In this document: one piece after another, positions 50,732 to 64,000 of the stretch
How positions within the stretch are numbered: the stretch's first letter is position 1
Layout: every line of letters begins with the position of its first letter
Assembly (NCBI GenBank): GCA_009103225.1
Contig: RHPI01002910.1
Span: 299,159 to 363,158, forward strand
Direction: 5' to 3'
DNA length: 64,000 bases
Source of the DNA: Chlorokybus atmophyticus
Lineage: Eukaryota; Plantae; Mesostigma and Chlorokybus algae
Program-made: the position numbers and the translations under genes
Notes under the pieces: generated by a model
The model's database searches: none
Told to the model about the DNA's origin: nothing
Seen by the model: only the letters and a program-made list of their open reading frames with translations

Positions 50732-50956
50732 TTTTTAGTCATAAATATATATATATATTTTTATTTATGTATGTATATATATGAGTGTACCAATACCTTA
50801 CTTTAATGTATCCATTTGTATATCTACACATGATGCGTGTTTGTACATATGCATGTATCTGTAGCATGTATGCTATCAGCATGTGCGTGTGTGTGTGTGC
50901 ATACGTATCATAATTATCTATATATACATGTATGCATATATGTGCATATATGCATA

Positions 50957-50988
<32 letters not shown>

Positions 50989-50995
50989 CTTATTT
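50620..50995. repeat. Compound (TA)n/(CA)n/(TG)n low-complexity tract
   Basis: Seen directly in the sequence. Confidence 0.85.
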
Positions 50996-53900
50996 TTCCA
51001 TGCTTTGCTCATTTTTTTCAACATGATTATGAAAATGTCTATATACGTTTAAGACTATTCAATTCTATACCGTCAATAGAACCACCCCGCCACAAGACTA
51101 TAAACACTGGTAACAGACCGTATTCTTATACAGCGGGGGTAGACTTTACATCGTATGTATAATATTACGTGTACGACTAATAGTGTCTCATGCACACATG
51201 TAAACTTGGAGGATAAGAAGCAGCAGAGACCACATTATCAAGTTTTCACGAGGCAACTTGCTCATTATGGGCGCTTGTGTGCACACGTGCAGGTGAGCCC
51301 TGGTCGTTGCTGCTGTTGTTGACTTAAAGAGGTGTTGCTGCGGGGCCTAGCATATCCTTGTTGGTTAAACTATTGTGTTTACTGCTCTTTGCTATTGCAT
51401 GCTTCATGTTTGCTAATTGATAGTGAGTTGATTAGTTGTACTTTACTTGTAGCTGCCTGCTTTGATAACGCTAACTGGCAATGCTTGTGAGCTTGACCAC
51501 CTGCTGCCCGCCTGCCCGTGTTGGCTTGTACCCTTGGCTAATGTTTACTTGGTTGTGAGTGTTCACATTGCACCTAGCCCATGCTTCGCTTGTGGTCATG
51601 CTGCGTCAGTCAGATGCACAGTCATGCGTACATACTATGGTTTCGCGACATCGTCGTATTGCGCGGCTCAAAAGATACTGGTAGTTTATCATCATTTGTA
51701 GAAACCTTGCAAAGATGCATGCATACGAGAGTATTTAAATGTGTACCTCATGTACACTTGGGGATGTAAAGTTTACATCCTTAATGTTAATGTGATGCAT
51801 AAGAGTAGCCATCAACATTTTAGGAAATGCCTGGCTCGACTCAAAATGAAGATTGCGCGGCACTTCGTTATGTTGTTGATAAATATTACATGAAGTTCCA
51901 TAAACATGAAGTACATGTTAAACAGTACAATCAAACAGTGCTGTAACATACCACAAATGCTGTACGGGCAGCTTATTCATGATAATAATCTCATTACGCC
52001 AAAACAATTATTAATCGATGAGTAATGAAAAAATTCATTGAAGGATTAAAACATGCAAGCAATTAGCTTGTGTAAACCTAGTTCCGCTGCAATTTGCATT
52101 GCACATCATCAAATGCGTTGTTAATTGGTTTAACACACCTACTATCGCGGTCTTATAATAAGCATGGGAGGAACGCAAGTGCACAAGCTATTTTTCAAAC
52201 CATAAAGTATTTTGATATCAACCAACTCGTATATTACAGCGCCCATCATTGGTGCAGAACGCTCAGTGTATGACATACATTGTTAGGCATGAATTAAACA
52301 GCCCCAAAAGGGCTCACTTCAAAACCTTTCTTGAAAAAGCTTGCTTCAAGGTGAACCGCTCGCAACTCCAAGCGACCGTTTACACGCAGGTTAAGGTACA
52401 CCTTAGCGCATGTCATTATCATTAATGGGAGTCGCAACTTAAAGGGTGCAAAAACATTGTTGGATTGGCCCTACCAATCAACGTCCTTCGCTTATAAGTT
52501 GTGTGTTGATATTTGGTCTACAATCTGGCGGCACCACCTCACACATTTGTGGTTAAAATAGCCAATGTTCCCACCAAGTCGCGCCTTTTAGGCGGGAAGT
52601 GTTTAACAATCATAACCCCACCCTGCGCTATTAAAGATTTACATGATGGTAGCCCATCCACATGCACCCCAACAAGCGTATTAACAATAACATAATAGTT
52701 GTAATATTTGTTGCAGTGTAATGCTTAAGGGAGGTACCTGAGTGACTGCCTCCTTGCATACTACTAGCAAATTAAGCTATAACAGCATGCCTTATAGCTT
52801 AGCCTCGTAGCTAATATGATGTTAGCTACGCGAGGTTAAGTTATGATCAGCAAGCATTGCCTGTTTACCAAGCAATAGTATTGCATCATTTAGTGCTTGG
52901 ATGTAATTCTACCATATCCAAGGAGAATAAGCTACACCAGCAGCAGCAAATATAAAGCGACCAACCCATAACCTGCTTTAATGGATAGAGATCCATTCAT
53001 TCGACAAGCGCCCGAATCGTCTTAGCTCCGATTCTTCAACCTCGCATTAAGAGCATTCAGCCGCTTTGCTCGTGTATCAACGGTAAAGATGTAATAGCCG
53101 AATGTCGGCGGACCATTCTCCAAAAATTGTCATTGTAAACCGATCATAAGCGTAGAGAATAATGTAAAAAGAGCTAAGTGCACGCTACATTTGATATAAC
53201 GGCGATCGACATTGTTAGTTGCTGTTATAGCCCATGCACGTAAAGTTGTGAACAACATGCCCTTAATACAGGGGATGTGTATAAAGGGCTTATATAATAC
53301 TATTTAACTAACCCAACTCGTATGTAGGCCGTTAGTGCCATCGCTGCCGCCACTACTCGGTGCCGTCTCGCACCGCCAAAGCCGTTGCCATCACCAGAGG
53401 CCCCTCACCGCCCTCGTTCTAATGTCAGCGTAAGAAAAAGGGGTGATACTTCCCCCTTTCCCCTACCCAAACACCACCGCCACACACGACACCCACACGT
53501 CTTATGTCGATAGTTAGAATAAAATATCCTCACCTATGGCGGTCGTTACCATTTATTGCGCCGCCGTGCGATTGGTATAGAGTTGAGACACGTGTCTCAA
53601 TTTGTTGTCCATCTCAAATGGACATAATTTGAACATAGTATCGTGGATACCCATCATGAGAAGGCCATCATGTAGCTTGATTGGCTGTTAACCAATTGCG
53701 ACCCTTCGTTAAATCCAAAGTTAGACCATGAAAACCTTTTTGAAGGTAGGTGGTATCACTATATTATAAGCACGCCCGCTGCAACAAACATCACTCGCTT
53801 GTGCAACAATTGCGCAAGCCCACTGCCGCACCACCTGGCCTGCTTCATGGTTATACTCGGTTGTGTGTCCGCTGACATTGCACGGCACTATTGTTGACTC

Positions 53901-54854
53901 CGATTGAATGACTCTGGTGTCTTACTGACTGATGACTGACTCTGGTGTTGTACTGCATGCGCAAGACAAAAAAAGCTAGCGGAAGCTGAAGAGCACTTGT
54001 CAGTGTACCCCACAATTGCATGCTTGCAGTTCAAAAGACTTCGGGCCGATTCCATCACAATATCACATGCCCGCTCTCAAAATCCATGCCTGGTCACTCC
54101 TCGAATGCTGCGAAGGTGGTTACACATTGGCCGTCCTTAGCCTGTTCCCTGCCTGCCTTTTCCTGCCCGCTCCTGCCCAGCGTGCTTGGGTCGTTGTGCT
54201 ATTACTACTAGTTGTATTCTCTGTCCTTGCGCTAATTTCAACCCCCCCAAATCTATGTTATAATGTCATGGCCCGCGTACATACAATGCGCGTGGCATAT
54301 GCTTATGCATAGTCACGCTCACCATCCCACAATCATACCACTCACATTTTACACTACCACGTAGTTCACCACCGGGCAACTCTATCCAATCTACCTGCTG
54401 TGTATAAAAGATGGTATGCCAGTAAGTGTGTCTTGCCTGCACACCTTGTGTACACTCCATTGCTTTACAAACTCTTTTGGCAAATTCTGCAAAATTGATT
54501 GTGTACACATGTTGGCAAAAAGCTACACTACATGCTCGCAGCGAACAACATTAGGTATACTACAGAGACGGATTGGCATGCAACACCAATGTCCGCTTTG
54601 CTAAGCGATGTGCTATGACCGGCAGAATGGCAGTTGGTTCTTATTGCGCACTTCGCTACATTTGAGCCTAATGCGCGAGCTTCAGACCCTGCAAGGAAAG
54701 AATTAATTAAGAAAATTGCCCACAGATTGCAACATGAGCCAACATTGCTTGATGGCACACACAGCATGTACAACTACTTTGCCAACATGGCAACCACGCA
54801 TATATGCTTACCCCACTGCAATGCATGTGAAGTTGTTGTGATGCACTGCGTCCT

Positions 54855-57800
54855 TCACTCCCCGTTTGCGTGTGCAACCTTTGTGGCATGTTCCAAGGCA
54901 GGCTCAACAATGACTGTGGCTGGCGCTGTTGCCAGCTTCTCACCAACAGCCGTCTTGACAATGGCAGGTTCGTCCACAACAGAAAAGTCCAACTCCTCAC
55001 TGGTAGGCGTGTGCATCTCAGGCGATGACCCCACGGCAGCTGCATCCAGAGGAGCGTCCAAAGGATCTGAAGCGCGCTCAGCAGCAACACTTTCCGGCGT
55101 AGCAGAAAGCATGGGTGCAATTTGTGGCATGTCGGCATGCATCTCAGTTGATGACCCCACAGCAGCTGCATCCAGAGAATCGTCCAATGCAGGTATAGTT
55201 GTACCCCATGGCGTGGACTCATGCGCCTCAGAAGCCGTTGTTGTGTCCGCAGCATCAGCATAGCTCTCGGGTGCTGCCAGCTCAGCTGCGGGTAGATCGA
55301 CTGTTGATGAAGGCGTTAACTCAACTTCGGGCTCTGCTGCTGCTTCAGGTGCCCCTGCCCCTGCTGCTGCTGCTGCTTTAGATTCAGGCAGCTCAGATGC
55401 AGCAGGCATGGGCTTGAATACGCGCTCGGGTTCAGTCGATGGGCGGTCCCGCAGCTTGAAAGTGCCGTCTGGCAGCTCTTCGTACCCTTCCAGCAGCTCC
55501 CAAAGGGTGCCATCAGGGAGCTCATACGTGCCATCTGGGAGCTTGCGCCCCCCAGGCGGCAGCCTGAAGCGGTTGTCCGGCAAGTCGATGGCGCCGGCGG
55601 GCAGCACAAACACCTTCTCGGTTGATGAGGCCTTAGGGAACGGAATGTAGTCCGGCACAACAATCTTCAGGTCAGAGCCAGGCTTGAGCTTGAAAGTGCC
55701 GTCCGTGGAAACCGCGACATCAGCAGGCAGCCTGAACACGGTGCCGTCGCGCAGGATGCACGTGCCATCCTTGCCCATGCTGGTGCCAGCTGGCATGCAG
55801 TAGTCGCCATTGGGCAGTTGCACGGAGCCCTCTGGCAGATACAGCGGCGCAGCCGGTGACGCAACTGCAGGCTTGCCAAAACAACACCCACCGCCCTTCT
55901 TCTTGGGCTTCGTTTGCACGGGCGGCAGCTTGGGCGTCGCATACGACACAGGTGCGGGTGGGACCATCTTCTTCGTGCCTGCAATCTTCCCGCTCTGCTG
56001 CAGCACTTCCGTGGCACTGGGGTCGGTTGAGAGCATGAACGTGCCATCGGGCATCTCAGTGGATCCGTCAGGGACATAGAAGATGGAGCCATCGGGGATC
56101 CAAAATGTGCCATTGGGGAGCTTGATTGCGCCCTCCGGAAGCTTGAAGCGAGAGCCGGCCGGAAGCGAGAACGCCCCCATCGGAAGCTTGTAGTGGCCGT
56201 CCTCACTCTCCTCTGTGCCCACGGGGAAGCGGAACACGTTGCCATTGGGCAGGGTGTACACGTTGTCGGCGGTCTTGACGGCGCCCTTGGGCAGCAGGAA
56301 TGTGCCGTCCGGCAGCATCCGGAAGCCTTCTGGCAGCTTGAACGAGGTCCCGTGTGGCAGCTGTATCCGCGTCTTGCCCGTCGCCTTAACCGGTGAAGCC
56401 TCAACCCTTCCAGCAGCAGCAATGGCCTTGGCCTGCGCCTCCTCCAGGGTGGGATAACCAAGCTCTGCCCCAACTGGAAGCTGAAAGCCGCCCTCACCAA
56501 CCTCTTGAGTGCCCTCTGGTAGTGAAAACAATGTACCATCGGGTGTCGTGTATATGTTGTCCACCACTTTGGCAGCGCCATCCGGCATCATGAACTTGCC
56601 ATCCGGTTTGAGGTGCTCCTCAAGCAACATGTCCTTCTCGCCGGGAGGCAGCAGCAGGAAGTTGCCGTCCGGCAGCGCTCTGCATGACATGGGCAAGGTC
56701 CACACGGTCCCGTCCGGCAGCTTGTACTGCCGCCGGCCAAGGCGCACAGTCTCCGCGGGGAGTGCAAACGTGTCATCGGTCAGGACGATGGACCCCTTAG
56801 GCAGCTTGACTGTCTCGTCCGCATCCTCCTCCACAGGCGCCTCGCCCAGCTGCAGCTTCTTCTTCTTCCTGCGCTTCTCTTTTGCCGGAAGGCGAAAGAT
56901 CTCTCCGCTTGGAAGCAGGAACGACCCGTCAGCGTTCTGAATAGTGCCTTCTGGAAGCGCGATAGACCCGTCCGGCATTCTCTCCACGCCTTCGGGCAAT
57001 GCCATGCTGATGCTTGCTGTTGAGGACGTGCGTCTGGGGACGTCACCTTGCATGGAGCCCACATCATCCGCGATCGGCGCGATCGGCGCGATTGGCGCTA
57101 GCTCAACGGGGAGCGGCAATGGGGAGTCTTCAATGGGCACTCCTCCGTTGGCGGCCGAGCGCCTTTTCTTCTTTTGCGCTGGTGCTGCGGCTCGAAGGAT
57201 ACCACCTTCAAGCAAGAAAGTGCCATCCTTCCTTATGCGCGCATTGATCGGCAGCTCCACAATGGTGCCATCCGACAACTCAAAAGACCCGTTGCGCAGT
57301 CTGACTGTCCCACTGGGCAACTGATACAGCCCGCTTGGCATCCTCATTGTGCCAGCTGGCAAGGTGGAGAGGTTGCCATTGCCATCATCATACACACATT
57401 GTGGCAGCTGGAAGGATCCATCTGGGAGCGCAATGGTGCCGTTTGGGAACTGCACCGAGCCGTCCGGGAGAGTCTTGATGCCCGAAGGCAGCTTCAGTGC
57501 ACCATCAGGCAGCTGGACGACATCCTCGGGCAGGGCCAAAAGCACCTCTGCGGGAATTTCCGACAGGAATGCCGGAAGTACAGCTGCAACCTTGGAGTTG
57601 GCATTGCTGGAAGTCCGCCTAACAGGTTTGCGCAAGGCTTTTTCTGTTGACGAGGGCGTGCGAGTCAGTGCAGGGCTGGTGACCGCGGCAGCTGCTTTGC
57701 TGGCATTTTGGGTAGTTTGCCTTCTGCGCCGGCCGTAGGTTTCTGCATGGGCAAAAGGCCACAGCGGGTCTTGCGGGATAGCTTCATCCGGTAGAGAGAA

Positions 57801-59328
57801 GCAACACGCCGGCAGCTCACTGCAACCTACAGGCAGCTTAAACCATGACCCGTCCGGGATGCTGTAAAGCCCGCCACCACGCCGGATAGTGCCCTCCGGA
57901 AATTTATAGTTGGCGTCCTCCATGCGCGTGCAGCCTTCTGGTAGGTCCACCAGAGAGCCGTCCGGCAGCGCGAATCCCACCTTTGGCAACCGCACGTTGC
58001 CATCTGGAAGGCGGGTGTAGCCCTGTGGAAGCTCTTCGCGTGTCTCCTGCACAGTCATCCCTCACGTCACATGCTTGCACTACTACCTGGTTGATGTGAC
58101 TGTATTGAACACCAACCTTCAACAACATCAGCTTGGCAGTCTTTACAGAGCAGAGTATGAGACTTAAACAGCATGACAACATCTGATGCCGTGGTGCTGT
58201 ACCTGTGCAATCTGAAACAGGCGATCGCGCGTAGTGTTGCGAGTGAACGACATGTACTCTGCATTGAACTCCTTGTACGATACTAGTCCATCTCCGTTCT
58301 CATCCAGCAACATCTATCATGAGCCAATCATCAATCCGCATGCACACCATAGGCCCGCAGATGAATGGCATCACTTTCCTCGCATCACATCCTTCTTTAA
58401 TAATTGATCTGTCAATCAGCTTACCTGGAAAGCCTGAAACTGCCGTGAACCAGCTTCCGGTGCAAGTTTTTTCGTGAGCATCTGTCCAAGCAATAGTGGT
58501 TCACGAGCAATGACTTTGTGATAGGCGTGGACACGACAGAAGTTCTGCACAACTAGCATATGGTACGATAGAAGACTGCAAACAAAGCATTGCACTGCTG
58601 CGAGCAACGCTTCACTCCCACACGGATCATCTGTCAATGCAAAAATCCTGGACCAGCTGCAACCCAAGCAGGAGTCCACCAAAAAGTCAACAAGCAGTGG
58701 TGCAACAGAAGACTGCATGCATAGCAACGCTCTGCTGCAGAACACTTCACTAGGACACATCACATCTGTCACGCATCTAACGGCAATGCAAGTTGTTACT
58801 GTGAAATCTGTTCATTACGCAACACTCACCCGCAGCTCTGCTGAATTGAGATAACCATCATTGTCCTTGTCAAATTGTTTGAACAGCTCCAACAGCCGCA
58901 CCTGCATTGATGCATGTATTGATGACAAGCCAGCATCCATTCGGCAGTTGCACGTGGTAACCATAAGCTGGCACAGCATCAAAGTGTACAGAACGAGCAC
59001 CAGATGCACGCACAGCATTGCACTAAATGCAAACCCTTGCACCGTCAACCATTCATTGGGCCACGTTCGAGTGGAACAACTTGTTGCAATGTAGGCAATG
59101 AGCACCAGCTGAACAACAGCTTCGTGCACAAACCCTGCTGGGCCATAGAGCCGAGCGACAATGTGCTCGATCGTAGCGATTGCTCACAATTGCAAGATTG
59201 CAGCATGCATGCAACCTACAATACGGAAAGCACTGCACAAGTACCTGCTTGGTCTCACAATAGTCCCTGACTTTGGCCAGAACCTCCTTAGCCACCGTCA
59301 CGCTGTCGTCCACCTCATACTCGCCCAT
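54855..59328 (-). CDS. Large EF-hand protein with multiple LPxG/LPDG repeat modules and an acidic Ala-rich tail (~1180 aa predicted; further 3' exons possible)
   Basis: 5' exons give MGEYEVDDSVTVAKEVLAKVRDYCETKQ / VRLLELFKQFDKDNDGYLNSAELR (EF loop) / MLTKKLAPEAGSRQFQAFQ / MLLDENGDGLVSYKEFNAE (EF loop). These splice to a 1067-codon open exon (58058-54855) full of LPEG/LPDG/LPNG repeats. Confidence 0.85.
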
Positions 59329-59965
59329 GCTGCCTGCGGCGCCTGCGGATGACGAAACCCTACCCTACATGTACAGGTTAGCGGGGGCAGGCGCCGCAGA
59401 CGATACTCACTTCCTGGACCCCTCGCCGCCTTCCTCACCGCCGCCGCCGCCGCCTGCACCCACACCGCCACTGCGACACTGACAATGCCGCCCAACGTTA
59501 CGCTGTGCGCCAGGCAGGCCAGCTAAGGTGAGGCCTAATGAATTCATGACACGAAACGCGCAAAAACCATGATGCGCATTTCCTCTCGTTTTGTAAAGCT
59601 GGGGAAACGCGTTATCACGTCACGTTATGCGATTCACATTTGGTCGCGGTGCAGTCCGGCAGCCTTCACAGCCTGTTTTAGTGCTCCCATGTGCGTTAGT
59701 ACGGGTAACACGTTATGCACGTGGTGGTCACATGGGTTCATGGCGCCCCCAGCCTGGGGTCCAGTTTTAAAAATGAACGGTATGTTAAAGGCTTCGATTG
59801 GCCGTATTTGCGGCACGCTTGCGATACGGGCAGAGCTTTGCGTCAGCACGGGACCCCGTGCCACGGGTCATCAGATTTCAAGTGGAGTGCCAGTGCTGGC
59901 AGTGCATGGGCCATCGTGGTCCATAAACCACGGGAGCCACATGCACCTACCGGTATCTTAAAAAG

Positions 59966-59994
59966 GTGTGCCAGTGGCACACATGCAGTATAGT
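59966..59994 (+). mobile_element. Weak Helitron-like 3' end
   Basis: Hairpin GTGTGCCA-g-TGGCACAC, then 8 nt, then TAG|T (ATAG rather than CTAG). A second GCACGGG-ac-CCCGTGC hairpin lies at 59846-59861. Confidence 0.2.
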
Positions 59995-61421
59995 ACAGTG
60001 TATTGAAGTAGGTAGTGGTAGACAATGTGTACCTAGCCTGGTGATCGTGAGGTGAATCTGCTTGTAGTTGAGAGTCGTGCCCAAGCATGTGTCGTACTTG
60101 TTGCATTTATCACTTACATGTTTTGTACTCATACGCAACCATGCGGGTGCATCTGCACACCACAACCAAACCAGCAAGCAAGCAACAACATTTACTTTTC
60201 TTTGTGCATCAGAGCGCTGACTGAAGACATAATTGAGGGCCTAATGCAAGCATGCATAATTATTGGGTGTATGTATTCATACATCTTATAGTTGATTTTG
60301 CATATGATGCATATAATTACGCTTTCTACCACCGGTCACCCTACATTTTGTTGCCTACTTGCTGGCTTGTTTTGTGTGCGCATGCCTCCAGATAGCTGCA
60401 CATATGGCACGGCTTATATAAGAACTGCACACCCATTCATGTGACAATCTGAGGTGAACTTAGCAGTTGTGCAGAATCTCACAGCTAAGTATCATGATAT
60501 TTGTGTCAATGGCACTTGTGTTGACGTGCTTGTGTTCCTTGCAAGTATTGACATTTTCAACAATTTTCTTGCAATTACGCTTGCAAATCCTGTTATGATT
60601 AAAGTTTCATCAATCCAATGTACTAATGTAAATTTAAGTTAACTTACATGCGGTCAGTGTTATATGGTTCAATAGCGAAAGGGCCAATATGCAAGCACAT
60701 CCAACATTCAGTTCCATTACAAGTAGCAAACATTGATTATATTAATATACTTTCATTTAAGTATGGAGGCTGGGTTCCATGGGCAAAAACTATGAAGGTA
60801 AGCAGGTAGTAGCAGGGCAGCATGGCATGGGCGAGTTGAACCAATTGCAGAGGCAGATAGAGAGGGAGATGGAGACATTGTTACTGAGTAATTCACAATC
60901 AAGACCATGATGATAATGAGTTAAACAATTTCTTGACTAGCCCGTTGTTGAGTTCGTACTTTGCTCTTACACGACGACATATTGATTGATATTTATTGCG
61001 ATCGTGATGATTTCAAACACAACTTAATACAATTACTTGCATATGGTCGCTAGCCTCTGTGTTGGCGTCCTAGTCAACCTTCCCGCGAAGACATGCTAAT
61101 GATGATGTTGGCTTGCATGCCGTGTGCTAATCACACTCCTTAGAATGCAATGCCCCGTTGCAAGCCTCGTTGTATGTATATGCGAATCATCAACCTCTAT
61201 GCCACACAAAGGGGTTGGGGCTTCACAATGTACCCCCTAGTAGAAGTGTAGATGATCAAACGAAACCAGTGAGTACCCATACGTTGAAACTACGAAGGCT
61301 ACATCAGAGCCTTGTACATTCAAACCAACTATGCTTAACATACTTCTAACGCGAGCATCTGTGCAAGTGAGCAACTCACACGCCAAAACTGAACTCCATC
61401 TAGCTGCTGCGAACGGTGTGA

Positions 61422-62354
61422 CTATGTTGAAAGCTGCTCAGCAAGCAGCTCTTCCTCATCAATGGTCTTGATCTTACAGTCTGATCGTGGGTACGCTGAG
61501 CACATCAGCGCAAAACCCTTGTCGATAACCTGCAGCATCATACATATGGTCAGGGCAACAAACGCAAGCAAGTTGGCTTCACACGTACCGGCATGCGCAG
61601 GGCAACATGCAGGACAAGCTATCACTGCGCAGGTCAGCCAAGCTTGACATGCAAGCAGCTAGTTAATCAGATAATGGCAAAGTGTTGTGCGCATCACATG
61701 CAATAGGTTTTTGAAGTGGCGAGCTTGTGTGGCCTCACATTGATTGATTGAAGTGTGATGAAGCACTGCATGCGACAGTGAAAGTTTAGCAACAATTGCC
61801 GCTTGGAAGTACACGCATGCATGCAGGCGTGCGCACACACCTCTGCAGAGAGCATTCCTTGGCTCTGGTCCACGTCTCCCTCCAGCAGGCGGGCAGGGCA
61901 AGTCATGCAAACGCCCAGTTTGCAATCATGCGGCATGTCCAGGTCAGCGTCCAATGCAGCTTCAAGAATGGAAGTCTCCTGCATGCGCACACGCGCATTT
62001 GAGTTCACAGCCACCCATTGCTAATGATACACACATAGCGTTGCAGCATTTGTGTAAACATAAAACTGCACGCATAACCCTAAGCAATGTCGTTGCATGC
62101 AGTGCAGATTGCGTGATGACACAATGCTTGGAAGGCGGCCTCACCGAATCCACGGTCAACACATGCTTTTTGCCCTTGTGGTCGATCTCCACAGTAAAAG
62201 CGCCGCACACAACTCTGCTGCGCCTCAAGGCGCCACGTGGAGCCACGGACGGCGACGCCGCCGCCGGCCGCCTCAACGACGACCGGCTGCGCAGCACCGC
62301 CGCTGGCGCAGCGCTTGACGCCGACGTGCCGCACAATGCCGCAGCCGCCGCCAT
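61422..62354 (-). CDS. FdC1: Plastid [2Fe-2S] ferredoxin with C-terminal extension, FdC1 type; 3 exons
   Basis: Transit peptide, then [29 protein letters not shown] (FdC1-type CxxGxCxxC), [38 protein letters not shown]. Confidence 0.93.
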
Positions 62355-64000
62355 GCCCTCCGACCCAAGACGCTCCTCACAGGATAAACGCTTTCAACCT
62401 CACCCTCACCCTGCCGCCGCGGCCGCTGCCGACACCCTCAGCCACCTCGCCGCCCACCTTATCCACATGACTGAAACCAGTCTGAAAACATCCCTTTAGC
62501 TACCCGATCAGCTGAACCGCTTTTGACATCTCAATGTGGATCCAAAGTTCTCGCGAGCGAAGCGCGAATCTCGAAATTTTGAAGCAGTTTTGGTAACATC
62601 CTGCACGCCCGCGCACTGACAACCACACAGAAGTCGTCATAAACTGCCTCATGATTTGTTCCTGCTCCGTGACGTCATCCGGCCAGTCGCAACCTGCCGC
62701 GGCGTCGACATCGTTGGTGTCCGTGCGGACATTTGTGCGGCCATCACATGATCAGGGGCGTAGGGGAGCGTGAGACCGTACAGCTCCGTAAAGACCTCGA
62801 TATTGGTGGCTGCCCGGCCCCTGCCTGTCGGCCTGGCGAGTTGCTGTCCAGAACTTCCTAGCCAGATTTCAATGGATGCGACTTTCCCGACTGGAAAGCT
62901 CTTTTAGGCTCAAACGGTAATCGGTTGAAACAATTGCAAATGAGCAATCCAACGGTTGCGCAAAGCGTTCAGACCTCACTGACACGCTCGCCACCGTGCG
63001 ATCAGGCTAGCAGCCACTGGCTACTGCTCAGCCTCTCCACTTCACTACTTGACCGCTCGCTGGTTAGTATTAAACCCGCAGTTCTAGAAGATTCCAGGTG
63101 CATAGCTGGCGAATTTAACCGGCGATTAGGTTGCTTAAAGCGAATTACAACTGACCGGGTTCGAGAGGAAACGCCTTTCGGCTTTGCCGGCTATGGGCCG
63201 CCATAGCCGAAAAGCTTTGCAAGTTTGTGTTTGTGTGTGTGGCTTTGCGCGCGGATTGCGTGTAAGTTTTGCATGTTTTGTTTCCGCCGCATCCAATTTT
63301 TCGTGCGCGCGCGTGCTAGCTAGCGGCCTGGTGGTAGCGGTGCTGGGCGAGGTGGGCGGCGGTAGCGGTGGCGGTCGCGGCGGCGGAGGCATCAGCGTCG
63401 TTGGGGTGGGGTGGGTGGCAAGGTTTGGTGCGATCGTGGCGCTGGAGCGGTGTGGGCGATCTTGGTGGGTCTCGGGTTTGTCCAAGGGGTGGGAAGGGGG
63501 AGGGGAGGGGAGGGGAGGCTGGAGGAGTGAAGAGGGCGCCGTCTCCCGGCCCTTTCGCCCGGCCTGGCCTGATGCGGCCTGGCACGCCATCCGTGTCGTT
63601 GGGCCTGGAGCGTGTTTTTGTCAAGGTACGGCTCGGGTTGGTGCTCTTTCTAGCTAGTCTGCAGGCAGGCCAATGTTCCTAGCCGCATCCAGGCCAGGCC
63701 TGGATGGAGTCGAGCGCCGCCTGACCTGGTGTGCCAGACGTTCACATTTCAGCTGAAGCGAGGTTGCTACACATACTGTCAGGTCGTTTGGGTAGGCCAC
63801 AGGCTGGCCGGCTGGTAGGCACCATTGTCTCAAGTGTTTCAGGTATCCATGAGCTTCGGCCGGACGTTTGTGACGTTGCTAGATTATCCAAGCATGTGCT
63901 ACATAGTAGCATCATACAGTAGTGATTAAGCGTCACATCACTCAAAGTGTCTTGTCACCCAACTTGGTGTTGACAACGTCCAACTCCTCGGGGGTAGGGG

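Noticed and set aside
55667-57738. Several long alternative-frame and antisense ORFs over the repeat gene
   Set aside because: They are by-products of GC-rich repetitive coding sequence. Only the 54855-58058 frame shows a coherent motif.
63150-63175. GGGTTCGAG, resembling a tRNA T-loop
   Set aside because: No cloverleaf or A-box can be formed around it.
63184-63922. Gly/Pro-rich ORFs at the window end
   Set aside because: They look like the GC-rich 5'UTR and first intron of a downstream gene that lies outside the window. No supportable CDS.

Overview
Eukaryotic, intron-rich genomic DNA from the green lineage (plastid-targeted MsrA, FdC1 ferredoxin and AKR2-like genes). An alga, possibly an early-diverging streptophyte, is an inference only. 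Most ORFs in the six-frame track are spurious or intron read-throughs. Eight protein-coding genes are supported: RPN8 (5'-truncated), a secreted bacterial-style GSDH/PKD/LamG protein, MsrA, an orphan coiled-coil protein, CNOT11, an AKR2-like STI1-ankyrin protein, a GT61-like glycosyltransferase, and FdC1. A ninth is a large EF-hand protein built from an unfamiliar LPxG/LPDG repeat. The main accessory feature is a decayed ~11.3 kb minus-strand Ty3/Gypsy-type retrotransposon (13300-24614). Its order is Gag(CCHC) - protease - DNMT3-like C5 cytosine methyltransferase - RT - RNase H - DDE integrase - PHD finger. Its terminal repeats are arranged A1...B1-A2-B2 (split direct repeats) rather than as two ordinary LTRs. 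A solo LTR of another family interrupts the methyltransferase, and a second copy lies at 32194-32714. Two assembly gaps, microsatellites, a probable RLE-LINE remnant and Helitron-like ends are also present. No rRNA, tRNA or CRISPR array was found. All calls were made by eye, with no database searches.
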